The notes beneath the pieces were generated by a model. It had not been told where the DNA came from. It was given only the letters and a program-made list of their open reading frames with translations, and ran no database searches. A stretch of DNA of 64,000 nucleotides, from NCBI GenBank assembly GCA_018304425.1, contig JAGVWE010000003.1, positions 128,001 through 192,000 on the forward strand. Direction: 5' to 3'. Both the position numbers and the translations under genes were made by a program. Below are positions 45,713-53,618 of this stretch, piece after piece. Every line of letters starts with the position of its first letter. Position 1 is the stretch's first letter. This DNA comes from Candidatus Iainarchaeum sp. GTDB taxonomy: Archaea; Iainarchaeota; Iainarchaeia; Iainarchaeales; UBA10219.

Positions 45713-46216
45713 TTAAAGGTTTTGGCCGGCAGCCGGGGCCACGCCCAGGAATAATACCGCTGCGCCAATCAAGGCAAACCCGATGCCCATGCCGAGGAAA
45801 ATCATCATAGCCAACCCCATTCCGCCCAGCAAGGCATCCGCGGGATGGGAGTCATAGGGGTCGGCCGGGTTGACTTTCACTTGAATCGGGGTTCCCGAAA
45901 GGTGCTCGTCCGTGTACCGCTGCGCGGCCCCATAGTCGCTGGAACTCGGTGAATTGAAAGCATTCGTGTAGTCTTTGCCCTCGAACGTGAAAGAATACTT
46001 GAGCGTGTTGCCCCAGGTGACGCTCGAGCCACTGCGCCCCGTGGAACGGTCCTCGAACACGCTGGACTCCACGACCCTGGCATCTATGGAAACCCAGGGC
46101 GTGGTCTGCTCCTTGTACAAGAAGTAACCGCCTAGGCCGGCAAAAACGAGGCCCACCACCAAGAAAAGGGCTCCAACCAGTTTCGGGTTATTGGTTTGAT
46201 ACGAATACAATTGCAT
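45713..46216 (-). CDS. DUF3592-like membrane protein
   Basis: TM - W...ARVVESSV...YSF...VNPADP - TM architecture. Confidence 0.75.
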   Translation of the reverse strand: MQLYSYQTNNPKLVGALFLVVGLVFAGLGGYFLYKEQTTPWVSIDARVVESSVFEDRSTGRSGSSVTWGNTLKYSFTFEGKDYTNAFNSPSSSDYGAAQRYTDEHLSGTPIQVKVNPADPYDSHPADALLGGMGLAMMIFLGMGIGFALIGAAVLFLGVAPAAGQNL

Positions 46217-46273
46217 GCAAGGCAATAGAAGACCATGGACCTATTTAAAGGTTCCTCCAATGGCAGCTGAGAG

Positions 46274-46527
46274 TGCACGGGGCAGACCTTTTTACAACCA
46301 TCAAAAGCTTCGCTTTTGGTGGCGTCGTCCACGAAGTGGACAACGAAGCCCTGGGAAAACGTCCCCTGCGCGGCAGGGGGCTGGCTTGGCCTATCGGCCT
46401 CGCTATTTATGGCCCACCATCAAAACCTTCGGTTTTGGTGGCCTCGTCCACGAAGTGGACAAGGTCTTTAGATGGGCCGACGTATAGCGCGCAGCCGCCG
46501 CTATCGTGCGGCTAATGCACGGGGCAG
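46274..46527. mobile_element. Miniature palindromic element bracketed by a duplicated tRNA-Leu 3' end
   Basis: TGCACGGGGCAG at 46274-46285 and 46516-46527; internal 49-bp direct repeats 46297-46345 and 46416-46464. Confidence 0.55.
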
Positions 46528-46599
46528 GATTCGAACCTGCGCACGCACTGAGCGACCGGGTTCTAAGCCCGGCGGATTTGGCCGCTTTCCTACCCGTGC
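46516..46599 (-). tRNA. tRNA-Leu (UAG)
   Basis: GCACGGG/CCCGTGC acceptor; CCGGG-CTTAGAA-CCCGG anticodon arm; long variable arm; GCAGG-TTCGAAT-CCTGC; discriminator A. Confidence 0.9.
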
Positions 46600-46640
46600 A
46601 GCAAGAGGATGGCTCAGGCTTATTTAAGGCGAGCCTGAAT

Positions 46641-46799
46641 TTAAAGTAGTAGTTCGGATAAATAGAGCGACTGGGCCTCATGAACGTTGCACAGGGCTTC
46701 CGCTTTGGTCTCGCCCTGTGAAATGCATCCCGGCAGTTCTGGGATGTAAACCGTGTACCCGCCCTCTTCTTGGGCTTCAAGAACCACATGCAATTTCAT
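46641..46799 (-). CDS. hicB: Short HicB-family antitoxin (52 aa); not in the ORF track
   Basis: Translated by hand: MKLHVVLEAQEEGGYTVYIPELPGCISQGETKAEALCNVHEAQSLYLSELLL. Confidence 0.82.
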   Translation of the reverse strand: MKLHVVLEAQEEGGYTVYIPELPGCISQGETKAEALCNVHEAQSLYLSELLL

Positions 46800-46849
46800 G
46801 ACAACCAAGGAATATAGGTGCTTAGCTTATTTAAAAACATTTGGCCTGT

Positions 46850-47422
46850 TCAGCCCAGCTTATGCCGTTTAAGCCATCTCGCCAGCTTCTTGGCGGCCAC
46901 GGCCCGGTGGCTGAACTTGTTTTTCTCGGCCAAGGGCATCTCGACGATGGTCTTCGAATAGCCTTCGGGGATGAAGAGCTTCTCGTAGGCCAGGCGCTTG
47001 GAGTGCGGCTTCTTCAGCTTCGAGCCCATGCTACCCTCCAGCGTGCCCACGAACAGCTTGCGCTGGTTCTTGCGCTTGCCCCACTGGAGGACGATAACAA
47101 CCTTGAACAACGCGCGCCGGTCCTCTCCCTGCAAGAGCTTGAGCAAGCCCTTGAACCCGATTCCCAAGTAGACGCGTTTGGCGAAGATGCCGGGAAAATC
47201 ATGATAGGCCTTGAAGTAAATGCCGGTGTCCTCGACGATGACCGGCTTTTTCACGAGGGCATAGGCTTGCTCGGCCTTGTAGAGCGCCACCCTTTCCTGG
47301 GAGCCCACGTCCGGCTCCGCCAGCTCGGTGTCCACCTGCTCGACTTCAATGCCGTGGGAAGCCAGGACGTGCGCGACCTCTTCGACCTTGTGCTCGTTGG
47401 AAGTTACGAAAAAGAGTTTCAT
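46850..47422 (-). CDS. Ham1/RdgB non-canonical purine NTP pyrophosphatase
   Basis: FVTSNEHKVEE, VEDTG, FPG.F.K, KNKFSHR. Confidence 0.88.
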   Translation of the reverse strand: MKLFFVTSNEHKVEEVAHVLASHGIEVEQVDTELAEPDVGSQERVALYKAEQAYALVKKPVIVEDTGIYFKAYHDFPGIFAKRVYLGIGFKGLLKLLQGEDRRALFKVVIVLQWGKRKNQRKLFVGTLEGSMGSKLKKPHSKRLAYEKLFIPEGYSKTIVEMPLAEKNKFSHRAVAAKKLARWLKRHKLG

Positions 47423-47438
47423 GTTGGTTCCCCGCCCT

Positions 47439-48377
47439 TCAGCCGAACATGTAGACTTCGGTGTCCCCGCCCTTCTTGTGCCAGACGCCCTTCTTGGACT
47501 GCTTGGGCTTGGGAAGGTCCTTCTTGTTGACCAGGGTACGGTAAGGGAACGGGATTTCCACGCCTTCGGCGTCAAACCGCTTTTTCACGGACTCCAGCAG
47601 GTCCATGGCCATGAAATCGGCTATCTTCTGGTCCTTGGCCCAGTAAAAGAGGCGCAGGACGACGGCCGAATCGTCCAACTTGGCCACCTTGACGACCACG
47701 GACTGTTCCCCGTCGAAGACGCCCTGCTTCACCTTATAGGCAAAATAGTCCGGGTGCTTCCGCACCTCCGACTGGAGGATGGCCCGTGCCAGGTCGATGT
47801 CGGAATCGTAGCTGATGCCGAAGTCCAGCTGTTTGATGGCCTTCTCGTCCTTGATCGTGTGGTTGAAAATCAGCTCCTCGGTGATGATGGAATTGGGGAT
47901 GATGACGCGCGCGTTCTCATTGGTGCGGATGACCGTATCCCGCAAGGTGATGTCCTCCACCTTCCCATAGATGTCCTTAACCTTGATGCGGTCCCCCACG
48001 CGGAAGGGCTGGTACATCGCGATGGTGACGCCGCCGATGATGTTGGAGGCAGCCTTTTGCGCCGCGAAACCGATGATGATCGCCAGGACACCGGCACCGG
48101 CGAAGAGGCTCAGGGTCAGCTGGCTCAGCTCAGGAACCAGGGAAATCGCAGAGATTATGCCGAACAACCAGATGAGCGCCACGACGATGCGCGCCGTGAT
48201 GGTGTATTGCGTCTTGTTGAAATGGATTCGTTTGCTGGTCTTGTCAAAGACCCCCCGCAGGATGTTGCTCACCACGAGTGCCACCACGTACGTGATGAGG
48301 AGCACGAGGAAAGGCCCCAATACGTGCTCGTATTGGCCAAGGAAGTCAAGGGCCGTAGTCAAGTCAAGCAGTGCCAT
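47439..48377 (-). CDS. mscS: Small-conductance mechanosensitive channel
   Basis: GAG...IGFAAQ...NIIGG...PFRVGD...G.VEDITLR.T...IPNS; GVEIPFP. Confidence 0.92.
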   Translation of the reverse strand: MALLDLTTALDFLGQYEHVLGPFLVLLITYVVALVVSNILRGVFDKTSKRIHFNKTQYTITARIVVALIWLFGIISAISLVPELSQLTLSLFAGAGVLAIIIGFAAQKAASNIIGGVTIAMYQPFRVGDRIKVKDIYGKVEDITLRDTVIRTNENARVIIPNSIITEELIFNHTIKDEKAIKQLDFGISYDSDIDLARAILQSEVRKHPDYFAYKVKQGVFDGEQSVVVKVAKLDDSAVVLRLFYWAKDQKIADFMAMDLLESVKKRFDAEGVEIPFPYRTLVNKKDLPKPKQSKKGVWHKKGGDTEVYMFG

Positions 48378-48453
48378 GCAAACCATTCTAATAACGGCAA
48401 TGAGCTATAATAGGCTTTGGGTTCGGAAAGGCAAACTCCTGGGCTGCCGCAAA

Positions 48454-49800
48454 TCAGTAATCCTGTTCCCGGATTCCCTCGACTTCCCTGGGCTCCGGCC
48501 CGGCTTCAAGGTGGACCGCTTCCCGGGGCGGCCGCTCCATGGGCTTCGATTCTTCCAAGACCTTCTTGCCCGGCGGCCCTTTCCCCGCGCTTCCATTGCC
48601 TGAACCCGGTGCGCAGAAAAACCGGAACCCAATGGTGAACACCAGGATGGTGATGAGTATCACGGAAAAGGCGATGCCCGTGTACTGCTCGCTCCCCGGA
48701 ATGCCGTAGGTCGAGGGCATCACGGCCAGCACGGCCGCCGCGAACCCGCGCGGCATGGCGATGGTCATGAGTTTTTTTTCCTGGGAAGAGAATTTCCCGC
48801 CAGCGGCCGACAGCCACACGGCGAGGGGCCGCACCAGCAGGACGGCGGCGGAAACCGCGAGCCCGATTAGGAACGTGCCGGTCTCCAGGGACATCAGCAG
48901 CCCGATGAAGACGAAGAAAAAGGTCTTGATGAAGAAGCTCAGCTGTTCGTGGAAGCCGCGCGCGTCCTGCTTGAAGGCGATGACTTCGGGGAACCGCAGG
49001 GCCCTGGAGATGGCCGCGCCGTTGCCCAGCACCACGCCGAACAACAGCACCGTGATGGCCGCGCTTCCGTTCACCGCATTGGATATCACGTACAAGAACA
49101 TCATGACGGCAAAGGTCAGCGTATACGAGTAGGCCGTGCCCTGCAGGAACCGCAGCAGCCACAGCCACAGCAGGCCGGCGACGATTCCCAGGAAGCCGCC
49201 GACCGAGAACTGGGCGGCGATGTTTTTCACCACCGTGTCAAGGCCCGAGCCCGGCTCCAAAATGAATTGGATGACGGCGATGACCAGCACCACGCACAGG
49301 GTGTCGTTGACCGCGGACTCGATGCTGAGCAGGTTCGCCACTTCTTCCCGGAGTTTCGCGGTCTTCCCCAAGGGCATGATGATGATGGAAGAGGTTCCCC
49401 CCACAATGGAGCCCAGCAGCACGCTGTTGGGCAGCGACCAGCCGGGGAGGAAACCAAGAAACGCGAGTCCCTCGCTCACTGCCACGACGGCCGCCACCGA
49501 AAAGAGCACGCCCAGCACGGCCAAGGCGAATCCACGGGGGGCACCGGAGAGCAGTTCGCCCAGCTTCAAGCCCAGGCCGCCCTCGAACATGATGACCACC
49601 AGGGCCAGGGCCGAAAAGAAGGGCGCAAGGCCCCACACGAAGTCCCGTGAAACCAGGTGGAAGACCGGGCCGAGGAGCACGCCGATGAGCACCAGCCAGA
49701 GGACGTCCGGCACCTTCGTGCGCACGAAGATGACTTCGCCCAGGGTGCCCATGACCAGGATGCCGGCCACGATGAGCAAGAACAACGAAATGGGGTCCAT
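48454..49800 (-). CDS. CPA1 (NhaP-type) cation/proton antiporter
   Basis: FEGG, IESAVND, FFFVFIG, MPRG.AAAVLA motifs. Confidence 0.9.
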   Translation of the reverse strand: MDPISLFLLIVAGILVMGTLGEVIFVRTKVPDVLWLVLIGVLLGPVFHLVSRDFVWGLAPFFSALALVVIMFEGGLGLKLGELLSGAPRGFALAVLGVLFSVAAVVAVSEGLAFLGFLPGWSLPNSVLLGSIVGGTSSIIIMPLGKTAKLREEVANLLSIESAVNDTLCVVLVIAVIQFILEPGSGLDTVVKNIAAQFSVGGFLGIVAGLLWLWLLRFLQGTAYSYTLTFAVMMFLYVISNAVNGSAAITVLLFGVVLGNGAAISRALRFPEVIAFKQDARGFHEQLSFFIKTFFFVFIGLLMSLETGTFLIGLAVSAAVLLVRPLAVWLSAAGGKFSSQEKKLMTIAMPRGFAAAVLAVMPSTYGIPGSEQYTGIAFSVILITILVFTIGFRFFCAPGSGNGSAGKGPPGKKVLEESKPMERPPREAVHLEAGPEPREVEGIREQDY

Positions 49801-49852
49801 GGGAGAATAGAAGCGTAAGTGCATTAAAAGGCTTTCGCCGCTTTGCCTGGCC

Positions 49853-51487
49853 TCAAATCGGGCACACGTTTTTGTCGAATTTGTCCGAGAAAATCATGTT
49901 TTCGCCGTAGGTGATGGGCACGTCCACGATGCAGACGTTCTTCGTGGACAAGGCTTTTTCCAGGGTCGGGTAGAGGTCGGCCGCGCTTTCCACCCGGTAG
50001 CCCTTGGCGCCGAAGCTCTCCGCGTAGGCCACGAAGTCAGGGTTGGTGAAACTGACCCCGGACTCCCGGCCGAACTTTTTTTTCTGCTTCCAGCCGATGA
50101 CCCCGTACTTGGCGTCGTTGAAGACGACGATGGTGAAGTGGACGCCCAACCGCTTGGCGGTCTCTATTTCCTGGGAGTTCATGAGGAAGCCCCCGTCCCC
50201 CGTGACCGCCAGGACCTGCCGCTTGGGTTCCGCGAGCTTGGCCGCCACGGCCCCGGGAACCGCGATTCCCATGGAGGCGAAGCCGTTGGAGATGATGACC
50301 GTGTTGGGTTCGCGCGCGGGATAGTTGCGCGCAATCCACAGCTTGTGCGCGCCGACGTCACTGATCAGGATGTCGCAATCGCCCATGGCCTTGCGGATGT
50401 CGTACAACACTTTTTGGGGCTTCAAGGGGAAGGAGACATCCAGCTTGTTGGCCGCGTATTCTTCCTTGATGAGGGTCCGCAGCGTGTTGGGATAGTCAAA
50501 GCCCTTCCGGAAGCCCGTCCGGGTGGAGAGGATTTTGAGCGTGGTCCGGAGGTCGCCCACGAGTTCCACGGCGGGAACATAGTTGGCGTCGACTTCCGCT
50601 GGCACCGAGTCCACGTGGATGATTTTCTTGTTGTTGGCCGGGTTCCAGAGGCTTGACCCGTATTCCACGAAGTCATAGCCTACCGCGATGACCAAATCAG
50701 CCTGGTCAAAGCCGCAGGACACGTAGTCCTTTTGCTGCAAGCCAATCGTGGCCAGGCAGAGCTCGTGCTTGGCCGGAATCACGCCCTTGGCCATGAACGT
50801 GTTGGCCACGAACACGTTGTTCTTGACCGCGAACTCAACGAGTTCCCTGGAAGCGCGGCCGCGGATGACGCCGTTGCCGGCCAGGATGAGGGGCTTTTCG
50901 GCTTGCTGGATGAGTTCAACGGCCTTGTCGAGTTCCAGTATGTCCGGGTGGAAGCGCGGGCTGGAGGTCACGCGCAGGGGCCTGGCGTCCGACTGGAGGC
51001 CGGCAATATCTTCCGGCAACTCGATGTGGGTTGCCCCAAACTTCTCGGTTTGCGCGACGCGGAAGGCCTTTCGCACGATTTCCGCGACCGAGTCAGGGGA
51101 AGCGATGCGGGCATTCCATTTGGTGATGGGTCGCAACGCGCTCACGATATCAATGTACTGGTGGGATTCCTTGTGGGTCTTGGCCAGGCCGGCCTGGCCA
51201 GTGATGGCCACGAGGGGCGCGCGGTCCATGTTCGCGTCCGCAACCCCCGTGATGAGGTTCGTTGCCCCAGGACCAAGCGTTGCCAGGCACACGCCCGCGC
51301 GCTGGGTCAACCGCCCATAGACATCCGCCATGAAGGCCGCACCTTGTTCGTGGCGCACGGGCACGAATTTTATCCTGGCCCCGTTCATGGAATCCAGGAT
51401 ATCAATGGTTTCCTCGCCAGGCAAGCCGAAGACGTACTCGGCTTCCTCGTTTTCGAGGCATTCCACGAACAAGTCGCTTACCTTGAT
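49853..51487 (-). CDS. ilvB: Acetolactate synthase large subunit (TPP enzyme); start ATC 51487 or TTG 51472
   Basis: FGLPGEE, RHEQGAAFMA, TLGPGATN, GDGGFLM...ND TPP motif. Confidence 0.9.
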   Translation of the reverse strand: MKVSDLFVECLENEEAEYVFGLPGEETIDILDSMNGARIKFVPVRHEQGAAFMADVYGRLTQRAGVCLATLGPGATNLITGVADANMDRAPLVAITGQAGLAKTHKESHQYIDIVSALRPITKWNARIASPDSVAEIVRKAFRVAQTEKFGATHIELPEDIAGLQSDARPLRVTSSPRFHPDILELDKAVELIQQAEKPLILAGNGVIRGRASRELVEFAVKNNVFVANTFMAKGVIPAKHELCLATIGLQQKDYVSCGFDQADLVIAVGYDFVEYGSSLWNPANNKKIIHVDSVPAEVDANYVPAVELVGDLRTTLKILSTRTGFRKGFDYPNTLRTLIKEEYAANKLDVSFPLKPQKVLYDIRKAMGDCDILISDVGAHKLWIARNYPAREPNTVIISNGFASMGIAVPGAVAAKLAEPKRQVLAVTGDGGFLMNSQEIETAKRLGVHFTIVVFNDAKYGVIGWKQKKKFGRESGVSFTNPDFVAYAESFGAKGYRVESAADLYPTLEKALSTKNVCIVDVPITYGENMIFSDKFDKNVCPI

Positions 51488-51903
51488 GGTTCCACCTTCA
51501 GGCAGTCGTTGCAGAGGCCCTGGAAAGTGAGGTGGTGGCCTGAGATGTGGAGCCCGGTTTTCTCGGAAAAGCTTCGCTCGATTTCGCGGCTATAGCTTGG
51601 CACGTCGGAAACCCTTTGGCAGGACGTGCAATGGAAGTGATAGTGCTCGGAGAGGTTGGAGTCGAACCGCGTGATGCCGCGGTCGCAGTGGATTTCCCGG
51701 AGCAGGCCCTCCAGGCGGAGGATGTGGAGGTTCCGGTAGACGGTTGCCAGGGAAATCGAGGGCAGCCTGGGTTTCACGGCTTCAAAGACTTCCAAGGCGC
51801 TGGGATGCGAGTCCAGGCCCTTCACGCCTTCAAAGACCTGCATGCGTTGAACGGTGATGCGGCGGTTTGCCTTCCGCAACTGGTCCACCAATACAGCCTG
51901 CAA
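51478..51903 (-). CDS. Fur/PerR family transcriptional regulator
   Basis: RIT.QR, HPSA, ISLATVYRNL, HYHFHCTSC, GLCNDC. Confidence 0.92.
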   Translation of the reverse strand: MQAVLVDQLRKANRRITVQRMQVFEGVKGLDSHPSALEVFEAVKPRLPSISLATVYRNLHILRLEGLLREIHCDRGITRFDSNLSEHYHFHCTSCQRVSDVPSYSREIERSFSEKTGLHISGHHLTFQGLCNDCLKVEPSR

Positions 51904-52020
51904 TCAAACCCCCCTTACCGATAAAAGTTCTCAATAGCATGCATTGGCAAGCGTCAGGTATAAAAACCCTATTAAGGCCATTAAATAGCGTTTTGTTGAA
52001 CCTACTTCATGGTGCCAGGA

Positions 52021-53253
52021 ATGCCGGACAAAGCACAAGAATTTGACGTCATCGTGGTGGGAGGCGGACCTGGCGGGAGCACATGCGCGTCCTTCTGCAG
52101 CAAGGCCGGGTTGAAGACCCTTTTATTGGAGGCCAGCAAGTTCCCCCGCGACAAGGTGTGCGGGGACGCGATTTCCGGGAAATCCATCGGCATCCTCCGC
52201 GAACTCGGCATCGAAGCCGAGATGCAGAACATCCTGCACGGCCGGGTCAATGGAGTCCTGTTGAGCAGCCCCAAGGGCACCCTGCTGGAAGTGCCGATTC
52301 CGCAAACGTTCAAGGACCGCGAGTCCTACGGCTACTGCTCGCGGCGCATGGTGTATGATAATTTCCTGTTCCAGCACGCGAAAAAACTCGCGGTGACCAT
52401 GGAGGAATTCCGGGTAACGGACCTGGTCAGGGAAGGCAGCCAGGTAGTCGGAGTCAAGGGCCTGGACTTGAAGACCCGGCAGGAAAAGGAGTTCCGCGCC
52501 AAAATGGTCGTGGGCGCGGACGGCGCCAACTCAGTGGTTGCCATGAAAACCGGCTTGCACGAAGTCGACCCCAATCATTCCTGCATCGCTTTGAGGGCCT
52601 ACTACGAGGGCATCACCGGGATGAAGAACCTGATTGAAATCCATTTCCTCGAAGAAGTCCTGCCGGGTTATTTCTGGATTTTTCCCCTCGAAAACGGCCT
52701 CGCCAACGTTGGTGTTGGCATGATTACCCATGACCTGCGGAAGTCCAACAAGAAGCTCGAGGAAGCCTTGAACAACGCCATCCAGAGCAAGCTGTTCCGG
52801 GAACGGTTCAAGGACGCGAAACTCATCGCCCCCATCCGGGGCTGGACCCTGCCATTCGGCTCGAAGCACCGGAAATGCTATGGCAACGGCTTCGTGCTCC
52901 TAGGCGATGCCGCCTCGCTCATCGACCCCTTTTCCGGGGAAGGCATCGGCAACGCCATGACTTCGGGGAGGACGGCTGCCCGCATCATCAAACAGGCCTT
53001 CGAGGCAGGGGATTTCTCGGAAGCGTTCCTCAAAAAATACGATGCAACGCTCTGGCAGGAAATCGGGCCCGAACTGCAGACGAGCCTCATGCTGCAGAAA
53101 GTGGGGAGGAACACGATGCTGCTGAACATGATTATCAGCAAGGCCGCGAAAAACAAGCACCTGCGCGACCTGATTTCCGGCATGCTCGTCAACGAGGTGC
53201 CCAAGAAGACCCTCGCCGACCCCTTGTTCCTGCTGAAAGTGCTGGTCAGCTGA
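52021..53253 (+). CDS. Geranylgeranyl reductase family FAD-dependent oxidoreductase
   Basis: DVIVVGGGPGG, PRDKVCGD, GADG, GYFWIFP, GDAA..IDPFSGEGI. Confidence 0.9.
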   Translation: MPDKAQEFDVIVVGGGPGGSTCASFCSKAGLKTLLLEASKFPRDKVCGDAISGKSIGILRELGIEAEMQNILHGRVNGVLLSSPKGTLLEVPIPQTFKDRESYGYCSRRMVYDNFLFQHAKKLAVTMEEFRVTDLVREGSQVVGVKGLDLKTRQEKEFRAKMVVGADGANSVVAMKTGLHEVDPNHSCIALRAYYEGITGMKNLIEIHFLEEVLPGYFWIFPLENGLANVGVGMITHDLRKSNKKLEEALNNAIQSKLFRERFKDAKLIAPIRGWTLPFGSKHRKCYGNGFVLLGDAASLIDPFSGEGIGNAMTSGRTAARIIKQAFEAGDFSEAFLKKYDATLWQEIGPELQTSLMLQKVGRNTMLLNMIISKAAKNKHLRDLISGMLVNEVPKKTLADPLFLLKVLVS

Positions 53254-53264
53254 GCCGCCTACGT

Positions 53265-53573
53265 TCAGCGGAATTGCTCGAAAAGCAGGCGCACTTCTTC
53301 GCTGGCCTTTTCAGGGCTCCACGGAGGGTCGAACACCACTTCGATGTCGATTTCCGGGTCCTTGAAGCCCAGGTCCTCGAGGGCCAGCCGGGAGTTGCCC
53401 ACAATCATGGGCGCGGCCGGGCAGCCGGGGCTGGTCAAGGTCATCCGCACGTACACCTTCCCGCCTTCCCTCAATTGAATGTCGTAAACCAGGCCCAGGC
53501 TCACGATGTCGATTCCCAACTCCGGGTCGATGACCTGTTTGAGGCCTTCGCGGACTTGTTCAACGGAAACCAT
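53265..53573 (-). CDS. DUF59/SufT metal-sulfur cluster assembly factor
   Basis: V.DPELGIDIVSLGLVY...MTLTSPGCP...FDPPW. Confidence 0.92.
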   Translation of the reverse strand: MVSVEQVREGLKQVIDPELGIDIVSLGLVYDIQLREGGKVYVRMTLTSPGCPAAPMIVGNSRLALEDLGFKDPEIDIEVVFDPPWSPEKASEEVRLLFEQFR

Positions 53574-53618
53574 GGCGCCCCCCTTAACAACATTCACCCA
53601 TAAGAATTTAAAAGAGGT

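Noticed and set aside
46297-46464. CRISPR array
   Set aside because: Only two 49-bp units with a 70-bp structured spacer; no leader or cas genes
46440-46515. HDV-like (theta) ribozyme after tRNA-Leu
   Set aside because: Could not build the P1/P1.1/P2/P3 nested pseudoknot downstream of the tRNA 3' end
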